A stretch of 64,000 bases of DNA from Eledone cirrhosa (GCA_964016885.1 OZ024742.1:14508001-14572000), one strand, 5' to 3'; positions 51,994 through 63,200 are shown, counted from the stretch's first letter. Made by a program: numbers and translations. Notes: a model not told the origin generated them from the letters alone.

Positions 51994-53701
51994 CATCATC
52001 ATCATCATCATCAACGTTTAACGTCCGTGTTCCACGCTTGCATGGGTTTGGACGGGGGTTTTCCCACTTGAGGCAAGAGTGATTGTCTTGCTCGCATAGG
52101 ACTGTCTGGCAGGTTTTCTACAGTTGGATGCCCTTCCTAACACCAACCACATTTACAGTGTGGGTCTGGGAGGTTTTTACCGTGTTGCCTACACGGCCAC
52201 ATTACAGCGTGGACTGTGTGTTTTTTTGTCGTGACACCTACACGATCTCATTTGTTTCGGCCTGGATGGTGTGGCACCAACATAACTTTACATAGAAGGG
52301 GGCGGTGTGGATGGGGTGGGGTGGGTGGGACGGGGGTGTATTTTGTTAGAGATGCCTACTGACTGTAGTAGGTTTTACTATGTATTTAGGTAAGGCGGGT
52401 CTTCTCTATTACTGAGTACCGCCAAAGGTCTCGGTCCAGTGACATTGTCTTGGAGAGGTGTAAGTGTGTGAGGTCGGAGTTTATCAGCTCGTCCCAGGTT
52501 TTTCTGGGTCTGCCTATTCCGTGGCTACCGTCTATCTTTATTGCCCTGCACTTTGTTATACACCTATCGTCTTTCATGCGCATCACGTGTCCATACCAAT
52601 GTAGCCTTCTCTCGACTAAACAACATCTGATCCCTCTTATTTCTAATTTTTTCCTTAGTTCGTTTATGCTTTGCCGTTCACGTATATTACTATTACACAT
52701 CCAGCGGAGCATGCAAGCTTCGTTCCTCTCTAGTCTGCGTATATCCTCTGCACACAATGCCCAGGTCTCACTGCCATGCAACATTGCTGTTCGTATGCAG
52801 GCATCATACAACCTGCCTTTCATTTTTAGGGAGAACCCTTTAGCGGCTAATAGTGGTATAAGCTCTCTGAACTTTTTCCATCCAGTTCTGACTCTAGCTA
52901 CTGTACTTTCAGAGCACCCTCCCCCACTGCTGATTTTGTCACCCAGGTAACGGAAGCTGTCCACTATTTCTATAGAGCCCTCTGCGCAGTTGAAAGAGCT
53001 AGTATTTTGTGGGCACTTGCTGCTACTTATTGCATCAGAGCACCGGCCACATGTGAAATCTATGTTCTTAGTTAGCTTACCTGTGATCCCACTACATCTT
53101 TTATGCACCCATACTTTGCATTTCGGACACAAAATGGAGTTTCTACCTACGCCTTTCCTACACACTGAGCATGGCCACTTCCGGGAAGGGACCGCCGCCT
53201 TATTTTCTTTCCTACAAACTAGAACTTTGGTCTTAACCAGGTTAATTTTAAGGCCTTTTGATTCTAGGCCGTGCTTCCATGTTTGGAATTTCTTCTCTAG
53301 CTCGGCCATTGATTCAGCTATGAGTGTTAGGTCGTCTGCGTATAGGAGTTCCCATGGGCAGCCGGTCTTGTACTCCTCTGCTATAGCCTGAAGGGCAATA
53401 ATAAATAGTAGGGGGCTGAGAACAGAGCCCTGATGGACGCCAACTTTTACGCTAAACTCTTCACTATATTCGTTGTTAATTCTAACCTTGCTGACTGTTT
53501 CTTTATACATGGCTTGTATAGCTCTCACAAGCCATTCGTCAACACCTAGTTTTCTAAGAGCCCACCAGATAATGGAACGGGGGGCTCTGTCGAAGGCTTT
53601 CTCCAAGTCGATAAAAGCTAAGTATAGGGGTTTACTTTTAGCTAGGTACTGCTCCTGTAGTTGTCGTACAATGAAAAGAGCGTCTGTGGTACTTTTGCCT
53701 G
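51994..53701 (-). mobile_element. 5'-truncated RTE LINE with an uninterrupted partial reverse transcriptase ORF
   Basis: GKSTTDALF...AFIDLEKAFD...GVHQGSVLSPLLF...LLYADDL...FRYLG, open to the stop at 52386; (GAT)n tail. Confidence 0.93.
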
Positions 53702-53978
<277 letters not shown>

Positions 53979-54235
53979 TTGAAAACAAAGCGAGGTTTCA
54001 CATTAAGGACTTTATACAGAGTTACGACTGTTTCACAGATGGGTTGCTCAGGAAATATATAAATGCTATACACCCGACTCCAGCCCCAGACTGCTCATCA
54101 GACTTATTAATCAAACAAAGCCAAAATATATATATATATCTAGCCCATGCCAGCATCGTCTAACCTATGCCAGCATGGAAAAATGGACGTTAAACGGAGA
54201 TGATGATAATGATGATGATATATATATATATATAA

Positions 54236-54604
54236 AACCAAATATACATCCCAACCCACTACCCCTACTCCATCCTCCCACTCCCTCAACACCACCCTTT
54301 CTCTGTAAAGTTATGTTGGTACCACAACATCCAGTCCAAACTAATGATGTTGTGTAGGTGTCACGACAAAAAACACACAGTCCACGCTGTAATGTGGTTG
54401 TGTAGGTAACACGGTAAAAAGCTCCCAGTACACATTGTAAATGTGGTTGGTGTTAGGAAGCATATCCAGCCATAGAAAACCTGCCAGATAGTCCTATATG
54501 AGTGAGACACTGACACCCGACCAATCTTGTCTCAAGTGGGACAATTCCCATCTAACCCATGCTAGCGTGGAAGATAGACGTTAAACAATGATGATGATGA
54601 TGAT
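54236..54604 (+). mobile_element. RTE LINE 3' UTR fragment
   Basis: Matches the 3' UTR at ~50998-51380; (GAT)n tail. Confidence 0.82.
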
Positions 54605-54732
54605 ATATATATTTATTAAAATAACAGATTAAAGTTTAAGCAAATAATCGCTGCTTTCACCCTTAGCGATTATTTGCTTAAACTTTAATCTGTTATTTTA
54701 ATAAATATTTGCTCTAGGGTTCTTCTTATTAT

Positions 54733-54768
<36 letters not shown>

Positions 54769-54851
54769 TAATGAATCCATTTTGTTCTAGAACTAATTAA
54801 TCTCAGATAGAACTTTTGTAACTGTGTTTGTTTTTTGCTTATTCCTCTCAG

Positions 54852-55030
54852 GTCAAAAGATTCAACATCATCTCACAAATACACAATATACCCCTGGTTG
54901 GAAAATGAAGAAAAGGAGAAGGAGTTTCTGAGGTTTCTCACTGATTCTGTGATGTTTGTACTTCTACCTACAAACTATGCTCATTGTGATATTGTTCGAC
55001 ATTTATTAAGGGAAATTTTCACCGTTTCTG
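54852..55030 (+). CDS. SNX25: SNX25-like coding exon 4 (PXA domain)
   Basis: Acceptor ATTCCTCTCAG; YPWLENEEKEKEFLRFLTDSVMFVLLP...VRHLLREIF; donor G|GTAAAT; phases 2/1. Confidence 0.9.
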
Positions 55031-55244
55031 GTAAATATGCTTTACTTTACTTCTTGCCTTCTTTTTTCTTAAGAAATGTACTAAATATCAGCTTACTAAT
55101 GGAAAACTTATTTTATTTAATGCCTCTAAATGTTTGGTTATTTTTAAAATTAATTAAAACACATAGGCAGTGTCTTTCATAAAAAATACCATAATTAAGA
55201 GTTTAATTAACCCTTTCTTATGTTTTTATTGTGTGTTCTTTCAG

Positions 55245-55431
55245 TGCTGAAGCCCTCCATTGATTTGGTGTGTGATCCAGAATTTATCAACGAACAACTA
55301 CGCTCCTATCTAAGTTACCGTGCCAAGTTGTCAGAAGACACCAGGAAAACCTATTCTTATGCTGCGACATATGAAGAATTTGTCAAAATGATCCAAAATT
55401 GTGAAGACATTGAATGTCTGAAACAACTTCG
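55245..55431 (+). CDS. SNX25: SNX25-like coding exon 5
   Basis: Acceptor GTTCTTTCAG; VLKPSIDLVCDPEFINEQL...TYSYAATYEEFVKMIQNCEDIECLKQLR resembles recalled human YSYAPSYEDFIKLINSNSDVEFLKQLR; donor CG|GTAAGG; phases 1/2. Confidence 0.92.
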
Positions 55432-55972
55432 GTAAGGAAAGCAGTTTGTTTTATATTTTATTTATATTTTATTGGCATTAGGAAGGGCATCCAGCCATAG
55501 AAACCATACTCCATGTACATGCTGTAAAGTGGTTGGTGCTTGGAAGGGCATCCAACCATAGAAACCATGCTCCCTGTACATACTATAATGTGGTTGGTAT
55601 TAGGAAGGGCAGCAAGCTGTAGAAAATATGCTCCTGACACATCTGTGACAGAAGCTCTGTTTTAGTACTGACTTGGTCTGTTGACAACATGTCCAACCCT
55701 TGTTAGCTGGGAAAATGGCCTCAAAATGTGACAATCTGTCTAACTCATGCAAACATGGAAAACATGTTGTCATCATCATGTAGCAACCTGTCTAATCCAT
55801 GAAAACAAATGTTAAATGATAGTGATGGTGGTGGTGGTAGTGGTGGTGATGATGATGATTGTGGTGGTAGTGGTGGTAGTGATGATGATGGTGGGGATGA
55901 TAATGATGATGACAATGATGATGATGATGATGATGATAATTAATTGATTGACTGGTTGATTGATATTTGTAG

Positions 55973-56046
55973 ATATAACATCATAAGTGAAATATTACAA
56001 GCTACAACTATTAACAACTGGAAGAAATCACAAGGTATCAGCACAG
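55973..56046 (+). CDS. SNX25: SNX25-like coding exon 6
   Basis: Acceptor TATTTGTAG; YNIISEILQATTINNWKKSQGIST (recalled human YQIVVEIIQATTI); donor G|GTAAAC; phases 2/1. Confidence 0.88.
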
Positions 56047-56289
56047 GTAAACATGTTTGTCTTTTTAACCCTTTTCATACGAACCCACCTGAAACTGCTG
56101 CTGGGTTTTTCATCTCAAAACTTTATTTTAAAGTTAGATTACATTATATATATTGTTTTAATATTTATATTAAAACCTTTCATCATAATTTTATGTAAGA
56201 ATGTTTTGTTATGTTCCAAACCTCAAATTAATAATTAAAAGTTTAAGTTATATAATTAAATTCCTCCATTATTTTAAAACACTTTAGAA

Positions 56290-56575
56290 AGGAGGTGTGT
56301 GGCCTAGGGGTAAGGGTGTTGGACTGATGATCATAATGTTGTGGGTTTGATTACTGGACTGGGTTCTCTGTTGTATTCTTGATCAAAATATTTAATTTCA
56401 CGTTGCTCCAGTTTACTCAGCTGAAAACGAATACCAGCAATAGCTAAGGGTTTGACCCTGCGATGGATTGGTGCCCTGTCCAGGGGAAGTCTCATACTCT
56501 CAGTTTCTTATTGCCACAGACACTGGGATAAGACCCAGCCTGTCAGCCTCTGGGCACAAGACAGATTTTACTTAA
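56290..56575 (+). mobile_element. decayed tRNA-derived CORE-like SINE; related copy at 57388-57525
   Basis: tRNA-like head (TGGCCTAGGGGTAAG / TGGCTTAGTGGTTAGAG) and shared TTTCACGTTGCTCCAGTTTACTCAGCTG; CCTTGAGCAAGACACTT in the second copy. Confidence 0.6.
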
Positions 56576-56580
56576 CATTA

Positions 56581-56654
<74 letters not shown>

Positions 56655-57211
56655 AACAAGTAAGACCCCGACGGCTGAGCTCAAGCCGTTTCGACGGCTA
56701 ATTCTGGACTGAATGAAAATTTATTGAGTACTTTGGTGCGTTATGGTCCACCTGGTTCCTTACCACATTTCCTTCGTTATACATATATATATATATGTAT
56801 ATATATTTAATTAAAAAATGAACAACACAAAATATAACTTCTCCATTACCAAAGGTTTCTGGGTCCCAGACAATAATGATATATATGTCTGGCTCGGTCA
56901 GACAGAGATGTTATAGAAATAACATCTCCGTCTGACGACCGATCCAAATGTATATTATTATTGTCTGGGATCCAGAAACCTTTGGTAATGGAGAAGTTAT
57001 ATTTTGCGTTGGTCACTTTCTAATTAAATAGCTCTGTTCCATACATAGAGCACTCTTTTTTTTCTTTGCCTTTTCTTCGAAATTACATATATATATATAT
57101 ATATATATACTCTACATAACCCAGTGCTGGATTGTCATCATATACAAAGTAAATCAATAAAATATTTGACAAATTGGATTGCTACATATAGTTTTGTTTT
57201 TGTTTCTTCAG

Positions 57212-57288
57212 CAAAAGCTCATGTACCAAAGAGTATGGCTAAAGGGGACCTTTTAAAAGCCAGGAATTTGAAGATATATATAAACCAA
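57212..57288 (+). CDS. SNX25: SNX25-like coding exon 7
   Basis: Acceptor TGTTTCTTCAG; AKAHVPKSMAKGDLLKARNLKIYINQ (recalled human KADLLRARNMKRYINQ); donor CAA|GTAAGA; phases 1/0. Confidence 0.92.
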
Positions 57289-57637
57289 GTAAGATATCTC
57301 AACCCTTTTGATACCAACCTGTCTGAAATCACTCCTGTTTTATATTATAAAACTGACCATTTTAAAGTGGTCATATTTATATTGTGAAGGCACATGGCTT
57401 AGTGGTTAGAGCATTGGGCTTGCAATCGAAAGGTTGAGTTCAATTCTCGGACCGGGTGATGTGTTGTTTCCTTGAGCAAGACACTTTATTTCACGTTGCT
57501 CCAGTTTACTCAGCTGTAAAAATGAGATGATAGGACTGGGGTCCCTATCATTAAATCACCCAAGACACTTCCGAGATATACCTTGGAGGAGGCCAGCTAA
57601 ACCTGCATAGGTGTGAGCTGTAACACATACATATTTG

Positions 57638-57988
57638 TTTCTGATTTAGGTACCAGGCCAACAATTTTGGGAGAGACAAAAGTCGATTAAATCGAAGCCA
57701 ATGCATTACTGGTACTTTATTTTATCAATCCCATAAGGATGAAAGGCAAAGCTAACCTTCGCAGGATTTGAATTCAGAACACAAAGGGACGTAACTTTAT
57801 GCCACAATGCATGTTGTTCAACACTCTACCGATATGGCCTTTTCTGATCTGAGTTCAAATCCCACCAAGGTTAGCTTTGCCTTTCATCCTTATGGGATCC
57901 ATAAAATAAAGTACCAGTAATGCGATTGGGTCGATTTAATCGACTTCACCTCTCCCCAAATTGTTGGCCTGGTACCTAAAATCAGAAA
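57638..57988. mobile_element. two SINE copies in inverted (head-to-head) orientation
   Basis: 57638-57835 is the reverse complement of the family seen at 57845-57988 (e.g. ATAAGGATGAAAGGCAAAGCTAACCTT vs AAGGTTAGCTTTGCCTTTCATCCTTAT). Confidence 0.8.
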
Positions 57989-58016
57989 TCATTAATATGG
58001 AAAAAAAGACAAAAAC

Positions 58017-61000
58017 AAATGTCTCCTCCATGTTTTGTTGTTTCTATTCAGTTAACTGTTGCTAAGACCACATGTGAGAAAAGGATCCATGCAATAGGTG
58101 GCCCTGACTATAAATGTCTCCTCCGTGTTTTGTTTCTATTCAGTTAACTGTTGCTAAGACCACATGTGAGAAAAGGATCCATGCAATAGGTGGCCCTGAC
58201 TATAAATGTCTCCTCCGTGTTTTGTTTCTATTCAGTTAACTGTTGCTAAGACCACATGTGAGAAAAGGATCCATGCAATAGGTGGCCCTCACTATGTCTC
58301 CTCCGTGTTTTGTTTCTATTCAGTTAACTGTTGCTAAGACCACATGTGAGAAAAGGATCCATGCAATAGGTGGCCCTCACTATGTCTCCTCCGTGTTTTG
58401 TTTCTATTCAGTTAACTGTTGCTAAGACCACATGTGAGAAAAGGATCCATGCAATAGGTGGCCCTCACTATGTCTCCTCCGTGTTTTGTTTCTATTCAGT
58501 TAACTGTTGCTAAGACCACATGTGAGAAAAGGATCCATGCAATAGGTGGCCCTGACTATAAATGTCTCCTCCGTGTTTTGTTTCTATTCAGTTAACTGTT
58601 GCTAAGACCACATGTGAGAAAAGGATCCATGCAATAGGTGGCCCTCACTATGTCTCCTCCATGTTTTGTTGTTTCTATTCAGTTAACTGTTGCTAAGACC
58701 ACATGTGAGAAAAGGATCCATGCAATAGGTGGCCCTCACTATAAATGTCTCCTCCGTGTTTTGTTTCTATTCAGTTAACTGTTGTTAAGACCACATGTGA
58801 GAAAAGGATCCATGCAATAGGTGGCCCTCACTATAAATGTCTCCTCCGTGTTTTGTTTCTATTCAGTTAACTGTTGCTAAGACCACATGTGAGAAAAGGA
58901 TCCATGCAATAGGTGGCCCTCACTATAAATGTCTCCTCCATGTTTTGTTTCTATTCAGTTAACTGTTGTTAAGACCACATGTGAGAAAAGGATCCATGCA
59001 ATAGGTGGCCCTCACTATAAATGTCTCCTCCGTATTTTGTTTCTATTCAGTTAACTGTTGCTAAGACCACATGTGAGAAAAGGATCCATGCAATAGGTGG
59101 CCCTCACTATAAATGTCTCCTCCGTGTTTTGTTTCTATTCAGTTAACTGTTGCTAAGACCACATGTGAGAAAAGGATCCATGCAATAGGTGGCCCTCACT
59201 ATAAATGTCTCCTCCGTGTTTTGTTTCTATTCAGTTAACTGTTGCTAAGACCACATGTGAGAAAAGGATCCATGCAATAGGTGGCCCTCACTATAAATGT
59301 CTCCTCCGTGTTTTGTTTCTATTCAGTTAACTGTTGTTAAGACCACATGTGAGAAAAGGATCCATGCAATAGGTGGCCCTCACTATAAATGTCTCCTCCG
59401 TGTTTTGTTTCTATTCAGTTAACTGTTGCTAAGACCACATGTGAGAAAAGGATCCATGCAATAGGTGGCCCTCACTATAAATGTCTCCTCCGTGTTTTGT
59501 TTCTATTCAGTTAACTGTTGCTAAGACCACATGTGAGAAAAGGATCCATGCAATAGGTGGCCCTCACTATAAATGTCTCCTCCGTGTTTTGTTTCTATTC
59601 AGTTAACTGTTGCTAAGACCACATGTGAGAAAAGGATCCATGCAATAGGTGGCCCTCACTATAAATGTCTCCTCCGTGTTTTGTTTCTATTCAGTTAACT
59701 GTTGCTAAGACCACATGTGAGAAAAGGATCCATGCAATAGGTGGCCCTCACTATAAATGTCTCCTCCGTGTTTTGTTTCTATTCAGTTAACTGTTGTTAA
59801 GACCACATGTGAGAAAAGGATCCATGCAATAGGTGGCCCTCACTATAAATGTCTCCTCCGTGTTTTGTTTCTATTCAGTTAACTGTTGCTAAGACCACAT
59901 GTGAGAAAAGGATCCATGCAATAGGTGGCCCTCACTATAAATGTCTCCTCCATGTTTTGTTTCTATTCAGTTAACTGTTGTTAAGACCACATGTGAGAAA
60001 AGGATCCATGCAATAGGTGGCCCTCACTATAAATGTCTCCTCCATGTTTTGTTGTTTCTATTCAGTTAACTGTTGCTAAGACCACATGTGAGAAAAGGAT
60101 CCATGCAATAGGTGGCCCTGACTATAAATGTCTCCTCCGTGTTTTGTTTCTATTCAGTTAACTGTTGTTAAGACCACATGTGAGAAAAGGATCCATGCAA
60201 TAGGTGGCCCTCACTATGTCTCCTCCATATTTTGTTGTTTCTATTCAGTTAACTGTTGCTAAGACCACATGTGAGAAAAGGATCCATGCAATAGGTGGCC
60301 CTCACTATAAATGTCTCCTCCGTGTTTTGTTTCTATTCAGTTAACTGTTGTTAAGACCACATGTGAGAAAAGGATCCATGCAATAGGTGGCCCTCACTAT
60401 GTCTCCTCCGTGTTTTGTTTCTATTCAGTTAACTGTTGCTAAGACCACATGTGAGAAAAGGATCCATGCAATAGGTGGCCCTCACTATGTCTCCTCCGTG
60501 TTTTGTTTCTATTCAGTTAACTGTTGCTAAGACCACATGTGAGAAAAGGATCCATGCAATAGGTGGCCCTGACTATAAATGTCTCCTCCGTGTTTTGTTT
60601 CTATTCAGTTAACTGTTGCTAAGACCACATGTGAGAAAAGGATCCATGCAATAGGTGGCCCTCACTATGTCTCCTCCATGTTTTGTTGTTTCTATTCAGT
60701 TAACTGTTGCTAAGACCACATGTGAGAAAAGGATCCATGCAATAGGTGGCCCTCACTATAAATGTCTCCTCCGTGTTTTGTTTCTATTCAGTTAACTGTT
60801 GTTAAGACCACATGTGAGAAAAGGATCCATGCAATAGGTGGCCCTCACTATAAATGTCTCCTCCGTGTTTTGTTTCTATTCAGTTAACTGTTGCTAAGAC
60901 CACATGTGAGAAAAGGATCCATGCAATAGGTGGCCCTCACTATAAATGTCTCCTCCATGTTTTGTTTCTATTCAGTTAACTGTTGTTAAGACCACATGTG

Positions 61001-62148
61001 AGAAAAGGATCCATGCAATAGGTGGCCCTCACTATAAATGTCTCCTCCGTGTTTTGTTTCTATTCAGTTAACTGTTGCTAAGACCACATGTGAGAAAAGG
61101 ATCCATGCAATAGGTGGCCCTCACTATAAATGTCTCCTCCGTGTTTTGTTTCTATTCAGTTAACTGTTGCTAAGACCACATGTGAGAAAAGGATCCATGC
61201 AATAGGTGGCCCTCACTATAAATGTCTCCTCCGTGTTTTGTTTCTATTCAGTTAACTGTTGCTAAGACCACATGTGAGAAAAGGATCCATGCAATAGGTG
61301 GCCCTCACTATAAATGTCTCCTCCGTGTTTTGTTTCTATTCAGTTAACTGTTGTTAAGACCACATGTGAGAAAAGGATCCATGCAATAGGTGGCCCTCAC
61401 TATAAATGTCTCCTCCGTGTTTTGTTTCTATTCAGTTAACTGTTGCTAAGACCACATGTGAGAAAAGGATCCATGCAATAGGTGGCCCTCACTATAAATG
61501 TCTCCTCCGTGTTTTGTTTCTATTCAGTTAACTGTTGCTAAGACCACATGTGAGAAAAGGATCCATGCAATAGGTGGCCCTCACTATAAATGTCTCCTCC
61601 GTGTTTTGTTTCTATTCAGTTAACTGTTGCTAAGACCACATGTGAGAAAAGGATCCATGCAATACGTGGCCCTCACTATAAATGTCTCCTCCGTGTTTTG
61701 TTTCTATTCAGTTAACTGTTGCTAAGACCACATGTGAGAAAAGGATCCATGCAATAGGTGGCCCTCACTATAAATGTCTCCTCCGTGTTTTGTTTCTATT
61801 CAGTTAACTGTTGTTAAGACCACATGTGAGAAAAGGATCCATGCAATAGGTGGCCCTCACTATAAATGTCTCCTCCGTGTTTTGTTTCTATTCAGTTAAC
61901 TGTTGCTAAGACCACATGTGAGAAAAGGATCCATGCAATAGGTGGCCCTCACTATAAATGTCTCCTCCATGTTTTGTTTCTATTCAGTTAACTGTTGTTA
62001 AGACCACATGTGAGAAAAGGATCCATGCAATAGGTGGCCCTCACTATAAATGTCTCCTCCATGTTTTGTTGTTTCTATTCAGTTAACTGTTGCTAAGACC
62101 ACATGTGAGAAAAGGATCCATGCAATAGGTGGCCCTGACTATAAATGT
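58017..62148 (+). repeat. 45-copy tandem array (88/91/92/95-bp units) of the SNX25 exon 8 splice acceptor plus the first ~66 nt of the exon
   Basis: Unit AAATGTCTCCTCC(G/A)TGTTTTG(TTG)TTTCTATTCAG|TTAACTGTTG(C/T)TAAGACCACATGTGAGAAAAGGATCCATGCAATAGGTGGCCCT(C/G)ACTAT. Post-acceptor starts were counted from 58052 to 62083. Confidence 0.95.
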
Positions 62149-62196
62149 TATGGTGAAGGAAGTGTCAGTGAAGAAGTATCACTGCCAGGTTTTAAA
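62083..62196 (+). CDS. SNX25: SNX25-like coding exon 8 (its 5' part is the last unit of the array)
   Basis: LTVAKTTCEKRIHAIGGPDYKCYGEGSVSEEVSLPGFK continues ...YINQ as in recalled human YINQLTVAKKQCEKRIRILGGPAY; 114 nt, phase 0/0; donor AAA|GTAAGT. Confidence 0.88.
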
Positions 62197-62549
62197 GTAA
62201 GTCTATAATATCTCTCTCTTTTTCTTTCTACCTTTCTTTTACTTCTTTCTTTCTTTATTCCTTCCTTTCCTTCCACCCCCATCTCTTTCCACGTTGAAAT
62301 AGCCATTCCAACATGTGTGGCTCCTCCTGTGGCTGGCCAATTCTACTCAAATAGTAGAGAGGTAGTACAAAGGCCAATAACTCTAGAAGTCTTCACTGCT
62401 ACAGGTTCAATAACAAATCTATCAGAATGTGCCTGATACTTCATCAGTTTGAGATCTTCAGCTTGTTGTCACTGGATAACGTATCTTTTTGATTATATTA
62501 TACTCTTTCAGAATCTGATGTTAGCATAGTCACAGTAAGCACGAAACCC

Positions 62550-62835
62550 TTAAAACAAGTAGAAGACTTTAAGTATCTTGGTTCCATCTTGATAAACTTC
62601 CAAATATGCAGAGCCCTGGCCTGAATGCATTTCATAAGCTGGATAACATTTTGGAAATCTGATATACCAAACAAATTTAAAATCAGCCAGTTTATAAGAG
62701 CAGTAGAGCCTATCCTTCTCTATGGTTCTGAGACTTGGATCTTGCACTCCTGTCTACAGAGCCATTTAGATGGATGTTACACTACCCTTTTGAGAAAGGC
62801 TCAAAATATTCCTTGGCAGATCCATTCCACACTTA
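62550..62835 (+). mobile_element. old non-LTR retrotransposon (RTE-like) fragment
   Basis: VEDFKYLGS...VEPILLYGSETW...LDGCYTTLLR. Confidence 0.65.
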
Positions 62836-62840
62836 ATCAA

Positions 62841-63200
62841 ATAATAATAATAATAATAATAATGAAATATTGTGTACAGTGCTCAGGTGCACTACAACTC
62901 ATCAAAAAGTGTATGTATATACATAGGGTAATGTACAAACATCAGGAAAATGAACAGTGCATGAGTCATGATACACACATGTGTGCATGTGTATGGAAGG
63001 GGTACATCAGGTGTAGTTTTGGCGTATTTCTGGAAGCATGAGTATCTTAAAGGATGCAGTGTCTCGGCAGCTAACAACTGATGCAGGCAGTTTGTTCCAT
63101 GCTTCAGCAACTCTGAGCGTGAAAAAATGTCTACGAAAGTCATGGGAGCTGTGCTGTTTTCTGATTTTGTAGGCATGTCCACGTGTGTTAGACACATGGA
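62841..63200 (-). mobile_element. CR1/L2-type LINE 3' end with (TTA)n tail
   Basis: TRGHAYKIRKQ...RRHFFTLRVAEAWNKLPASVV...SFK is the characteristic CR1-group ORF2 C-terminus; TAA repeats at 62841-62862. Confidence 0.75.

Noticed and set aside
57388-57460. tRNA-like sequence (also ~23615-23640 and the SINE heads)
   Set aside because: Only A/B-box-like remnants, here followed by SINE body; no complete cloverleaf could be drawn.
58052-62082. Dscam-like cluster of mutually exclusive exons
   Set aside because: The copies are near-identical, lack the exon's 3' half and its GTAAGT donor, and run into stop codons.
58017-62148. CRISPR-like appearance of this and the other regular arrays
   Set aside because: No unique spacers, no cas genes, and a eukaryotic spliced-gene context.
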